Source of the DNA: Rebecca billardiae RCC1528
Taxonomy: Eukaryota > Protista > Haptophyta
DNA: 64,000 nucleotides
Reading direction: 5' to 3'
Assembly (NCBI GenBank): GCA_965240325.2
Contig: OZ251226.1
Location: 2,542,001 to 2,606,000 of the forward strand
In this document: one piece after another, positions 21,165 to 33,500 of the stretch
Layout: each line of letters begins with the position of its first letter
Numbering within the stretch: position 1 is the stretch's first letter
Translations under genes and position numbers: made by a program
The notes under the pieces: model-generated
What the model saw: the letters and a program-made list of their open reading frames with translations, nothing else
Told to the model about the DNA's origin: nothing
The model's database searches: none

Positions 21165-24100
21165 ATGGCCACCACCAACATCGCGCAGCAGCGGCAGTGG
21201 CTCGACGCGGAGCGCACGCAGGCACATGCGGCGCATTTCACGTACTCGCTGGGGCTCGGCGGGAACCAGCCCGCACCCTTCACGCGCGCGGCGGAGCCTC
21301 AGGTGCCGAAGGCGCTCCAGCTGCATGCCGCGCTCTCGTTGCTGCGGCAGTCGGCGCGAGATGCCGCTGCGCGCGCACAGAACCCCGCTGCGACGGATGA
21401 CTACCGCCCGCTCAGTGCATCAGGTGCGGCCATGCACCTACCTTACGCTCACGCGCGCTCTCGCCATGCGCGGCGCGCGCCGAGACCGCCTCAGCTCACG
21501 CGCTGCCCGCTGGCCTCCCCGCGCAGCGCGCCGCGCGAGGCAGGCGCGAGAGAGCTACGCAAACAGGCCGCCCGGCGCGCCGCTCGGCATGACAGGGCCG
21601 ACAGCGTCGCGCGGGAGTGTACCGCCGAGCGGTACGCCCGCGCCGTTCCCGCCGACGGAGCCGCCGCACGCTCGGCCGCCGCTCCCACTCGCCAGTACGG
21701 CGTGCGGCCCGCCGCCGCACGTCAGCCACCAGAGCCGCGCGCCACCGATCGCGAGCGAGCACGACGAGTTCGCGCCGGACGAGGACGAGACTGCGCTGCT
21801 GCTGCAGATACCCGAGGACGTCTTCACAGCCGTGCCCAGCTCCGCGCCGCTCCCGCCATCGAGCGCGCACGCGCCGCACTCTGCGTGGCCGCCGGGCTCC
21901 TCAGGCGCGGCGCCGCCTGGGCAGCAGCCCCGCAGCGCCGCGATGCCGCCCGGCCGTGCGCAGGCGTTCGCGGCGCCGAACGCGGGGCCGAGCTTCGGCG
22001 CGGGCGTGTCGAGTGGCAGCTTCGCCGCCGCGCCGCCCGCGCCACATGGCGCGCGCTCGTCCGCCGGCGGCGGGTGGACCGGCGGCTCGTTTGGTGGGCC
22101 GCCGCCGGGCGGCTGCGGCAGCTGTGCACACGGCGCGGGCGGCGCTGGCGCAGCGCCGTTCCCGAGCTCCGGCGGCGCGGGCGGGGCGAGCTGCGGCGGC
22201 GGCGCCGGGTGCTCGATGGGAGGCGCGGCTGGCGCGTGTTACAACCACGGTGCAGCTCCCGGCCGCGCCGGCGACCACGGCGGCGCGTGCGGCGGTTATG
22301 GCGGCGGAAGTTGCGGCGGCTGCGGCGGCTGTTGCGGTGCCGGCGGCAACGGCGGCGGCTTCGGCGGCGGCGGCTTCGGCGGCGGCGGCTTCGGCGGCGG
22401 CGGGTGCGACGCGGGGCCGCGCGCGTCCGCGCCACCGGCTGGCGCCGCGGCGTACGAGCCGCTGCCGCCGCCCATGGCGGCCGCCGAGGCGGAGCTCGCG
22501 CACCGGCAGGCGGCGTTTGGCAGCTGCGCGAGCCTCGGCGCTGCGGCCACGTCGGGCGACTGCGCGGCGGCGCGCTGGAAGGGGACGCACTTCGCGCACT
22601 CGCGGCTGGCGATCGAGCACAACAAGTCGTACTTCGGCCTGCAGTCCTTCCGGCCCAACCAGCTCGAGGCGATCAACGCCACGATGTGCGGGCAAGACTG
22701 CTTCGTGATCATGCCGACCGGCGGCGGCAAGTCGCTCTGCTACCAGCTGCCCGCGACGCTCGAGCCCAAGCTCACGGTGGTGGTGTGCCCGCTCATCTCG
22801 CTGATCCAGGACCAGGTGCACAACCTGCGGAACAACGGCGTGCACGCGCTCTTCCTCTCGAGCTCGCAGTCGCGCGACGAGCAGGAGGACGTCTTCGCCC
22901 AGCTGCGCGGCGCGGAGTGCGGCGCGCAGCTCAAGGTGCTGTACGTGACGCCTGAGCGCGTGTCCGCGTCACAGCGCTTCCTCGGCGTGCTGCGCTCGCT
23001 CGACGGGCGCGGGCTGATCGGCCGGTTCGTCGTGGACGAGGCGCACTGCGTGTCGCAGTGGGGGCACGACTTCCGCCCCGACTACAAGGCGCTCTCCATC
23101 TTCAAGGCGAGCTTCGCCCACGTGCCGCTGATGGCGCTGACGGCGACGGCGACGCTGCCGGTGCAGCTGGACGTGATCAATATCCTCGGCATGACCCAGC
23201 CCTTCATCTTCTCCTCCTCGTTCAACCGGCCCAACCTGCGGTACGAGGTGCGGCGGAAGGCGAAGGGGTGCGTGGACGAGATCGCCGAGCTCATCCTCAA
23301 GTCGCACCGCCGCGACTGCGGCATCGTGTACTGCCTCTCGCAGCGCGACTGCGAGTCGGTGAGCGACGCGCTGTGCAAGCGCGGCGTGAACGCCAGCTTC
23401 TACCACGCGGGCCTCGACCCCGAGCAGCGCAAGCGCACGCAGGACGCGTGGACGCGCGACGAGGTGCTGGTGATCGTCGCGACGATCGCGTTCGGCATGG
23501 GCATCAACAAGCCCGACGTCCGCTTCGTCATCCACCACTCGCTCTCCAAGTCGCTCGAGGGCTACCTGCAGGAGTCGGGCCGCGCCGGCCGCGACGGGCG
23601 CGCGGCGCGGTGCGTGCTGCTGTACAGCTACGGCGACAAGGCGAAGCTCGAGTCGATGATCCTGAAGAGCGACGGCGCGGACGCGGTGACGATCGCGCGG
23701 CAGCGCGAGGCGCTCGGGCACATGGTCGCGTACTGCGAGAACGACCACGCGTGCCGCCGCGTGCAGCAGCTCGGCTACTTTGGCGAGCGCTTCGACGCGC
23801 GCAAGTGCGACGGCACGTGCGACGTGTGCGCCGCCGGCGTCGAGCACACGCGCACGGACATGACCGAGCTGGCGAAGAGCGCGGTGCAGATCGTGCGCGC
23901 GCGGCCGCCGCACTCGCTCACGCTCAACCTCGTCGTCGACGTGATCCGCGGCTCGCGGCGCAAGGACATCACCGCCAAGCGGCTGGACGAGCTCGCTCAG
24001 TTTGGCGCGGGCTCGGAGCTGCGGCGCGGGGACGTCGAGCGCCTGCTCAGGCAGATGGTGCTGCACTCGCTGCTCGGCGAGGACCACGTGCAGTCCGAGG

Positions 24101-24431
24101 CGTGGGGCGGGGTGAACACGTACCTGCGCGCCGGCTCGGAGGCGCAGGCGCTGCTCAGCGGCGGCCGCCGCTTCGACGTCCACCTGCCCGAGGAGGCGCG
24201 GAAGGGTCAGCCGCAGCAGCCGCACGCGCGCGCCGCCGGAGGCGCGGCGGCCGGCGGCCGCGGCGGCGGCGCGCACGCGCAGCGAGGCGCGCGCGGCGGC
24301 GGCGGCGCGCAGCAGCCGCAGCAGCGGCCCGCGCAGCGCGCGCGCGGGACCAACGCCGCCGGTGCCGCCGCGCCGGCCGCCAGATCGGCGCCAGGCGCCG
24401 CGCCGGCGCCCCTCGCGCACGCCGACGCGTT

Positions 24432-24476
<45 letters not shown>

Positions 24477-25224
24477 ATCGGACGCGGACGCGGCGGGCAG
24501 GCGGCAGCTGCTGCAGGAGCTCGAGGCGCGCATTCGCACCAAGCGCAACGAGGCGGCGCAGATGCTGGGCCACGACCCGCACACCATCGCGGACAACGCG
24601 CTGATCACGCGCATCGCCGAGCGCCGGCCGAGCTCGCTGGAGGAGCTGCAGCAGGTGGAAGGGGTCTCCGACCACAAGGCGACCGCGTACGGCAACCTGA
24701 TCATCACGGCCGTCTCCGCCTTCCTCGAGGAGCACCCCGAGATGCGCCCGGCGCCCGGCGGCGGCGCGCACGCGCTCCAGGCGGCGGGCGCGCCGCCCGG
24801 CGCGGGGCACGCGCCGCCCGACCTCGACGACTTTGTGCACGACACGCCGCTCGCGCCGCCGGCGCCGCGCGGCCGCAAGTCGACGGGGGCGCGGCCACAG
24901 GGGCGGGGCGCGGCCGAGCGCGCGCGCGGCGGACGGCCCTCGCCCAGGCCGACCGTCGCGCACAGCCAGGTGCTGGCCCCGCACCACGACACGAACGCGG
25001 CGCCGCCGCCGGCGCGCGGCGCGACGGCGCATCCGGGGGCCGCGCCCAAGCAGCCTCGACTCGACGGGCAGCCGCACGTGCAGCCGCGCGCGTCGCCCTA
25101 CTTCCCGGCGCACCGCAAGCAGCCGCCTCCGGCTGCGCAGCCGCAGCCGCAGCCGCAGCAGCAGCAGCAGCAGTGGCGGCACCGACACCCGCAGCAACAG
25201 CAACAGCAGTACCAGCAGCATTGA
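21165..25224 (+). CDS. BLM: RecQ DNA helicase, BLM/Sgs1-like (exons 21165-21423, 21527-25224; about 1318 aa)
   Basis: Motifs FRPNQLEAIN, MPTGGGKSLCYQLP, VVDEAHCVSQWGHDFRPDY, ATIAFGMGINKPDVR and QESGRAGRDG; RQC Zn site (CRR...CDGTCDVC), winged helix and HRDC. Exon 1 MATTNIAQQRQWLD resembles the Sgs1/BLM N-terminal Top3-binding helix. Confidence 0.92.
21424..21526 (+). other. Intron of the RecQ gene
   Basis: CAG|GTGCGG ... GCTCAC (branch-like) ... GCGCAG|; phase 1, joins two frames. Confidence 0.82.
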
Positions 25225-26308
25225 CGCGGCGGCGGCACACGCCGCCATATGCCTGCGCGGCGGCGGCGCCGCGGCGGCGGCGAGAGCGAGTGAGCGACGA
25301 CGTCAGTGACGATGCTACTTCGCCACGTAGTGGCAGCCTTATTCGGAGCATGACCAGCAGCAGCTCGCCCCGCCGCTGAATAATTGTACACTCTGCTACT
25401 GGATGGCACGGCGGCTACATGAGCATCAGTCACACTGTCAAAGGAATCGCCAATCTACACTAACACTCTACAGTTTACTATATGATTTAACGTGCACACT
25501 TGGTTAACTCCGTTAAGGCGTGATTAACGCCATATCCAACACTGCACAAAGACACCGCCACAAAACAGACCGGCGCAGGCAGGTGAGGGGCGCGTTGCCG
25601 CACAGTGAATGGCGGGCTTGCAATTTTCAATGGCGGGCCGTAGGCTCCGCCGTAGGTCCGTCTGGGAAAAGATAAGAAAAAGAAAAGGAAAAGGAAAATC
25701 GCCTCGCAAAGAAAAGAAAATCGCCTCTGTCTGCTGCACTCTGAGCCTGACGCTTGCCCGTTGCTCACTACCGGCCCCCCCCTTTATTTCTTTGCTCGCA
25801 GCTCCCACTGGGGACGCTGCGCCGAAAGTCTGTTCAGGCTGGCGCGGAGCGCGTGAGCGGCGCGCGCCGCATCCAACGCCGGCGCGGACATCGCGCGAGG
25901 ATTCCCTAGACGTGTTTTCGCCCGATTCGCGATTGCTGCCCTCGTCGTCTCGCATGCAGGTCAAACAAGGGCTAAAGTCGACGCGTCTGGAGGTACGCTC
26001 GGCGCGTCGACACGATCGTGCGACCTGGGGCGATCCTCGCCAGACTTGCACGTCGAGCGCTCGCATCGCTCATGCCATCGAGCGCTGCGCGCGACAGCCA
26101 CCTCGCGCGATCCACCGCCGTGCGTCGGGCTCGGTGCGGAAAGGCCCTCATCACGAGGTGCCTCGCGGGCGGGAAGCGCCATCGCACGCGAGGCAAGATT
26201 TGGCGCGGCCTTCTGGACTCGATCGCCGGAATCCTCATCGCGAACCGGACTGTCCGTAGGCTGTCCGACTCTACACTGCTGTGTAGAAGCGGAGGGGGGC
26301 CGGACAGG

Positions 26309-26355
26309 CTACAGTTTACTAAGAATAAGAGACGCACACAGCTCAGGCAGGCGAG
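26309..26355. repeat. Dispersed short element, copy B (opposite orientation to A and C)
   Basis: CTACAGTTTACTAAGAATAAGAGACGCACACAGCTCAGGCAGGCGAG. Confidence 0.92.
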
Positions 26356-26699
26356 ATTGACGCCCGCCAACTGTCACCGCCCATGAAGCCGTCGCCGATG
26401 GTAGCGCCGCCGGAAAAATTCGTTCAGCCGTCCGCCTGCGAGGCCTGGATGAGGGCTGCGGCCGCCTCGCGGCGCGCCAGTAGACTGTCCGACTGTCGCT
26501 CGCGGTCCCTCAGCCGAAGCCCACGTCCGGCCTGCATGGCGTCGACGGTGACCAATGCGACGGAAGCGCAGCGCCAACGGCGTACGACGCGCAGCGGACG
26601 CACCTCCCGGGTCTGTCGCCGTGGCAGCAACCGCGTCTTCGCGAGTTGGCGACCCTCGCCGCAGCGCGACACGGACAAGCCCGTGATGCCATCCGCAGA

Positions 26700-27400
26700 G
26701 AGATGAATCGTCGAGCATGCAACATCGACGCGCCATCCTCGTCCATGGCGCAGGCGCTGCGGGACGAGGCGGACGTCGTCACGCCGGTGACGGATGCGCT
26801 GCGATTCATGTGCCTACGTGAGGAGCTCGTGCCCACTCTCGATCGCGAGTGGCACACGCTGTCGCTGTGCGCGCGCGCGCGCACAACCAACAGCTCCTCG
26901 TGCCGCCAAACACGCGGGCGCCAGACCTGTCGAAGAGGCGAAGAGCGACGACCGCGTGAACGTCAACGCGCTCGTGCTCAGCGTGGCGGCCGTGCACGAT
27001 GTCAACGCGACCTGCGCCGAGCCCATCATGCTCGGAGCGGACATCGGCAAGCATCCTCGCGACGACCGCTCTCGGCTGGCGGCAGGAGGACATGCACACG
27101 ATCTACTCTGGCGGCTTCGTCGGTGGCGAGGCGCTCGATATCGCCATCGCGGTCGAGATGCGGCACATACAGCGCGTACCCGCGCTCGCGCGGAGCAACG
27201 GGCTACCCGCCCCGCCCCGCGTGCTGCACATTATTCCCTCGTGGGTGTGGGCCTCGCTGATGCGCACGAACGCGTACCGCACCGCGTGGGAGAACTCACA
27301 GGTGTCACTGGTCCGACTGTCCGTCACCCACGGCCACGAGCGAATGCTGTGGAAAGACGCGAACCCGCAGAGGAAACATTGCGACAGCACTGGCACGGCC
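26700..27400 (+). pseudogene. Frameshifted coding remnant, possibly a TE-borne Ulp1/C48-protease-like fragment
   Basis: Protein-like segments hop across three frames (ADVVTPVTDALRFMCLREEL; VNALVLSVAAVHDVNAT; EDMHTIYSGGFVGGEALDIAIA...LHIIPSWVWASL). The family guess is weak. Confidence 0.3.
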
Positions 27401-27729
27401 CGCCGACCCCCCCGCCCGCCAGGGCACAGTTTTATATTCTGCGCAGACCGTAATGCCCCGGAACAACTTCGGTCACGGGTCAACCGTACTCGCGCAGTCA
27501 CACACTCATCGAGCAGCAGGGACAAACACCAGGATCAGCGCTCCTCGCCGTCCCCCCCCCCCCTCCCCCCCCCGCCTCGTAGTCGCCCATCACTCCATCG
27601 CCGAGCGGAAGCCCGACGCACCGTCTGGCATCGACGCGCGCGCCACTGCGGTGGTCGCGCGGTACTCCACGCGTTGTCAGTCAGCCGTCGTCTCGAAGTA
27701 GTCCGGTCGTGCGCAGCGCCCCCGCGGGC

Positions 27730-28085
27730 GCGTGCCCCCGGCGCACGTGCGCCATGCGCGCGCGGGCGATGCGCATCTTGGCCTGGCCACGCAGGCAGCA
27801 CATCCCCAGCTCGCGCCGCATGGTGCCGAGCAGCGCGCGCTCGGCGGCGGGGCGCGAGGGCGCGCTGAGGAGGCGCGCGCGCCGTGTCCCGCCCCATCTT
27901 GGCGATCTTCTTGAGGGTGAGGTCCACCTCCGCGCTCCACTCGCCGAACGCCCCAACGACGATCGGGACGATCGCGGGAAAGGTGTCGAGCCGCGCCTCG
28001 TACGGGCCCACCTGGCCCTCAAGCGTTGCCGAAGGCCTCGCGGTCGAGGGCCTGCTGGGTTGCGCCGCTCGTCTTGAACTCTTGA
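27730..28085 (-). mobile_element. Decayed 3' fragment of an RLE-type (CRE-like) non-LTR retrotransposon
   Basis: The frameshifted peptide QALDREAFG/GQVGPYEARLDTFPAIVPIVVGAFGEWSAEVDLTLKKIA/...MRRELGMCCLRGQAKM resembles the C-terminus of restriction-like endonuclease domains. No reverse transcriptase is visible. Confidence 0.6.
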
Positions 28086-28193
28086 TCAGGTTGGGGGGAA
28101 AATCGTCGCGTCAAAAAGACAAAAAACTCAATTCTGGATAATCGGAACGAAATCGATTCCCGGGACTCGGGAGGGGGTTTGCCCACCTGTGTC

Positions 28194-28261
28194 TTTATAA
28201 TAATGGTCCGGGGCGTCCGGCGGCCCGCGGCTCCGGCTCCGGCTCGGTGTTTATAATAATG
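28194..28261 (+). promoter_or_regulatory. Duplicated TATA-like element upstream of the RTX gene
   Basis: TTTATAATAATG occurs twice (about 28194 and 28250), 190-260 bp before ATG 28454. The function is inferred. Confidence 0.35.
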
Positions 28262-28453
28262 AAGTCCGCCAGTCCGGTCATCAATGTTGGTCGCTTCATA
28301 GAGACACCGAGCCGCGGGCGGGCCTGTTCCTATTAGTTAATTATTGTCTTTTCGGCTCGCGCCGGTGTTCAAGACGCGCCCGCGCCCCGCGGTGCCCGCG
28401 TCAGGAGGCCTCGGAAGGTGGGAAGGGTGGTGCTTCGCTGGCCGCACGGCATC

Positions 28454-31400
28454 ATGGCGTTCGCGCGCATCGCGGCGCTGTTCGCGGCGGCGGCCACTTT
28501 GTCGGCCGCGGCCCCCGTCGCTGGCGCTGCCAGTGCGCGCACCCCGGATGCGCGCCGGTCGCTGACCACCCTGGTCTACGGGCCCTACGGCGCCGGGAAC
28601 GACGACATCTACGATGGCGCGCGCGCGGGTGTGGGCGATGGCGGCAGCGGCTCGGACACGATCACCACGATCCTCGCGGGCGACGGCGAAAACGTCGTGT
28701 CGTCGGCGTCGTCGATGAATGGAAATGAGTACGGCTACGCGTTCAACGGCGGCACCGGCGGCGACAGGACGCAGCGCATCTACACCGGCGCCGGCGACGA
28801 CGACATTGACACGGTTTTGGGCGGGTACGCCACGGGTGCCGGATCGCAGAGCGGCGATCTCTACGTGCGCGTCGATTCCGGCGGTGGCGACGACAATATC
28901 AACGCCGATACCCACCACGGCTACGCCTCCTACGGCGCCATCGGCGGCGACACGTACGGCCTCATCAACGCCGGCGATGGCGACGACTACATCAAATCGG
29001 GCAACGCCGGAGACGCCGACTGGAGGGGCGCGACCGGCGGCGACACCACCTTCATCGTGAATGCCGGCGCGGGCGATGACGACATCAACACTGGCTTTGG
29101 TAAGCGCGCTGTGAGACAGCGCAGCGGCTGCGCGCTCGCCCCGCGTGCACCCAGCGGCGTGCTCGCGCCCCGCCTCAGCAGGCCGCCTGACCGCGCCACC
29201 GCGCGCCGCGCGCGCCGTGCGCCCATGTCTGCGCGCCGTGCGCAGCTGGGTTCGCCTGGTACGGCGGGACGGGGGGCAACCTCTACACCAAGATCAACGC
29301 CGGGGACGGCGACGACACTGTCAATTTTTTCAGAGGCTTCAGCCAGGGCGGCAGCGCGTGGACCTACGACTACCCGACGTACGCCAACCTCCGCGACACC
29401 ATCGGTGGCGACGGCACGCTCGTCGTCGACGGCGGCGCGGGCAATGACTACCTGCGTGCTGGCTACGCCGGCGCTGGCAATTGGGAGCCGACCGCCAAGG
29501 GCGGCGACGCGATCACGCGCCTCAACGGCGGAAGCGGCGACGACTACCTCGTCGGCAGCGTCGGTGGCTGGGGTAATAAGCAGGGCCTCGGCGGCGACGC
29601 CCACTCCACCCTGCACGGCGGCGAGGGCGACGAGTGCGCGCCTCGCGTGCGCTCTCCGCGTACGGCGCGCCCGTGGCCGAGCCCGCCGCAGCCCGCCCGC
29701 GCAGGCGGCGCGATCTCACGCCGCGCGCCTGCCGCCGCGCGCGTCCGCCACCCGCGCGCCGCTGCGCCCACGCCCGCGCAGCATCATCTTTGGCGGCGAG
29801 GCCGGCTGGGCGTGGGACACGTACAGTTACGGCCCCGATGCGCCCAAGGGCACCGGCGGCAGCGTGGTCAACAACATCCGCGGCGGGCAAGGCGACGACC
29901 GGCTCTACGGCGGCGAGGGCGGGTGGGCGTGGGAGTTCGCGAAGGGCGGCGATGTGCAGAACACGATTCACGGAGGCGTGGGCAACGACTACATCCACGG
30001 CGGCCCGGCCGGCTGGACCTGGGAGGGCACCACCGGCGGCGACGCGCAGAACACGCTCTTCGGTGGCCTCGGTGACGACGACATGCGCGGTGGCAACGCT
30101 GGCTGGGTGCGCGCCGCGCGTTGGTGCCGCACCGCCCGCCCGCCCGCCCGCCGCGCATCCGCACCCGCCCTGCGACGCCATCCCGGCGCAGCGCTTGCGC
30201 CAGTCGGTGCTGGGCGGCGCGCTCACCTGCACCGCCGCGCGCCCGCCGCGCCGCGCAGGCATGGGAAGGCTTTGGAGGTGGTGGAGGTTCTACTTCTCGC
30301 GAGTATTACGAGAGGGTTTACGGCAAGATCAACGGCGGCACGTGGGACACGGTCGGGGGCGACGCTCAGAACGTTCTCTTCGGTGGGGACGGCGACGACC
30401 GGCTGGAGGCGGGCGGCGCCGGCTTTGCATGGGACGACGCGTTCGGCGGCGACGCGACGAACACGCTGGTCGGCGGCAGCGGCGACGACGAGCTCATCGC
30501 GGGCGACGGCGGCTGGGGCGACACGCGCGCGACTGGCGGCGACGCGCTCAGCGAGCTGGTCGGCGGCCGTGGCGACGACGTGCTGCGCGGAGGCAGCGGC
30601 GGCGACGCCGCTTACACCAAGGATCCCTACGGCGGCGGGCCCGCTTTCTTTCCCCAAGACTTCGACACCCCATTTGACTCAGTCATTTCCATCAACCCAA
30701 CGGACAGTCTTGGAACGCAGATCGGGCTCAAGAAAGACTTTGGCTACGGCGGCGACGCCGTCACGCACGCATCCGGCGGCGTTGGCGACGACGCGCTGTA
30801 CGGCGGCGACGGCGGCGTGAGCCGGAAGAGCGGCGTCGCGGGCGACGCGTACAACTACCTCTACGGCGGGCGCGGCGATGACTACGCGCGCGGCGGCGAT
30901 GCCGGCTACAGCTATGACGATGGCACGGGTGGCTCCGTCTTGAACGTGCTGGACGGTGCGCGGCGCCCGCGCCGCGCGAGCGCTCGCGGCGTCGCGCGCC
31001 GCGCTGCAGCGGCTTCAACCTCCCGGCGAGGCGCTGACGCCCCTGCTCCCCTGCGCCGGCGCGGCGCGATGCGCCTGCTGCCTCCCGCGCGCAGGCGGCT
31101 CTGGCGACGACGTGCTCACCGGCGGCGACGGTGGCGGCGGCGCGGGCAAGTCCGGCTATGCGCCGTACGCGGTCAACGTGATCGACGGCGGCGACGGCGA
31201 CGACGTGATCACGGGAGGCAACATCGGCAAAGGCGGCAAGACCGACGGCAGCGTGTACAACGGCCTCTACGGCGGGGTGGGCAACGACATCATCACCGCG
31301 GGCGTGGGCTTCAACATCATCGACGGTGGCGTCGGCGCGGACAAGATCTACGCGGCGCAGGGCACGTACGACCGCATCTACTACGACCGCCGCGACAAGG

Positions 31401-32047
31401 TGGTGGAGTACGACGCCGGCCTCGACAAGCTCATCAAGAAGAAGCTGACGGCGCGGCCCGAGAGGGACGGCTCGACCCGCGTGTGCGACTCGTTCGCGCA
31501 GTGCGGTCTCTCGCTCTGGGTGCGCCGCCGCGCACAGCTCGACGGCGCCGTCGACCGCGTGGCGACGCGCCGCCGCCCGGCGGGCGCAGGGCGGGGCCCA
31601 GCGCGGGAGCGGAGCGCCGCGTGTTCACGGCAGCCACCAGCCGCTCCCTCCGGCTCCACGCGCGGGCTGACCGTACACCCCGCCCCCCGTGTGCGCCCCG
31701 TGTGCGCCCCGTGTGCGCCGCGCGTGCACCGCGCGCGCCGCCGCGCCGCGCAGCGCCTCGCGCTCAGCTCCGAGATCCTGCGCTTCACGTGCTGGCTGAA
31801 CGGCCGGTGCTCGGGGCGCCACGTGCTCGGCCGCCGGATGGCCGCCCAGGGCCTCCCGAGCGCGGCCGTTGACGCCGTCCTGCTCGTCGCTGCGGTCGCG
31901 GTCGTCACCCTGGCCGCCATCGCCGTGGTGGGCGTGCGGCGCGCCGTGAGGGCGCGCCGCGCCGCGCACGAGGCCAAGAGCGTCGCCGGCGAGCCCTCGC
32001 TGCACGACGCCACGCCCGCGAGCGGCGCCGCGGTCGAGGCCGTCTGA
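28454..32047 (+). CDS. RTX/hemolysin-type Ca-binding repeat cell-surface protein (exons 28454-29099, 29246-29633, 29782-30106, 30259-30955, 31095-32047)
   Basis: Signal peptide MAFARIAALFAAAATLSAA; many GGxGxDx(L/I) nonapeptides; four GT-AG introns that splice in frame (3009 nt total); C-terminal TM AVLLVAAVAVVTLAAIAVVGV followed by RR. An extra in-frame intron near 31500-31770 is possible. Confidence 0.87.
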
Positions 32048-32639
32048 GCTCGCGCCCACATCGCGCACATACACTACCAAGCAGAAGACCGAAGAACCCG
32101 CACACCCAGCACACACCGCGTGTGAAGGCGGCCTCGAACGATTCCGCCGATTCGATTCGTCGGCGCGCCGACCACGCTGCCGCACCGGCCATCGCGCCGA
32201 GCGCCGAGCGTGGCCTCGAAAGCAACCTGCATGCAGCATGGTATGGATGGATGGGGATTGGGGGACGCGCCTTGCCGTGAAGCGGCGGTGACGTCACACG
32301 TCATCGCGTCGACGGTGCACGCCGCCGCGTGACGAGATGGAGTCTCAGCCGCGCGCGCGATGCTCGCATTGGCACCTGCTGCTGTCTTCGAGTCTTCGAC
32401 CGCCAGGGCCGGAGGCTGTGATGACGATGATCGCGCAGATTAGCTGCGTGCTTCATCATTCCGAACGGTGACGTCACACCGCGGGTGATGATGTCCGAAA
32501 CCAGATATAGTTAGCGTCGCGAGTCACTGCGTATTGAACGATTGTAATTAGCATGGCCGACTAGGATATATATATATGGCGCATTCTACGACGTACTCAT
32601 CAGACCGCCAATGGTGCGCCACCAGCAGGCCCAGCGTCG

Positions 32640-33468
32640 CTACGGTTCGCTGCCGCCATCTCGCGCGCCGGCCTCGTGCGGCTCGAGCAGCCCCATCGCC
32701 TTGCGCAGGCGGCGCGGGAGGCTCGCGAGCGCGCTCGCGCTCGCCACGTGCTGGATGCAGTCGAGGTAGTGCTGCACGCTCGTGAGCGCGGCGAGCGCGT
32801 CGTCCGAGCGCGCGGCGACCGAGAGGTCGGCCGCGCCGAGCGCGGCGCGCGCGTGCATGTGCGCGGGCTCGAGGAAGCAGCAGCCGTCCGAGGCGAGCGC
32901 GTGCAGCACGCCCACGCGGTACGCGCGCAGCATCTGCCCGAGCGTGGCGCGCTGCACGGACGCGCGCACCTCCGCGTCCGCGCCCACCGCGCGCAGCACC
33001 GCCGTGAGCGCGAGGCCCTGCTCCGCCAGGTGCGCGAGCTGCGCGGCCGGGCTCAGGTGGAGCCGCGCGAGCGCCGCGAGCTCGGCGCGGTCCGCGCCTG
33101 CGCGCAGCGCCTCCGCGCAGAGCCAAGTGCACGCGGCGGCCCAGCGCTCGCCGTGCGCGACGCTCTCGCGCGCGCTCCGCGTCATGCCGTCGATCACGCC
33201 GCGCGCGCGCGCGCCGTCGGCATCCCCGCGCGCCCCACCGCCACCAACCGCCGCGGCGGCGGCGGCTGCGCCTGGCCCGTCGCCGAGCGCGGTACACGCC
33301 TCGGCCAGCGTGCGCGCTTCATCCCTGCCGCCCAGCCAGACGGACTCGAAGGCGTCGGGCGGCGAGAGGCCGTACGAGGCGTGCGCGCGCGCGCCGCCCG
33401 CGCCGCCGCCGTCGTCCCAGCCCGCCACGTGCAGCGCCGCGCGCCGGCTCACCAGCACGTACCGCTGC

Positions 33469-33500
<32 letters not shown>

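Noticed and set aside
20448-22955. 835-aa + strand ORF overlapping Yae1 and RecQ
   Set aside because: Only 21165-21423 is credible (RecQ exon 1); the rest is antisense to Yae1 or off-frame in RecQ.
28454-32047. The RTX gene as bacterial contamination or a frameshifted pseudogene
   Set aside because: All four frame changes are explained by canonical GT-AG introns of the host type, and the spliced length is a multiple of three.
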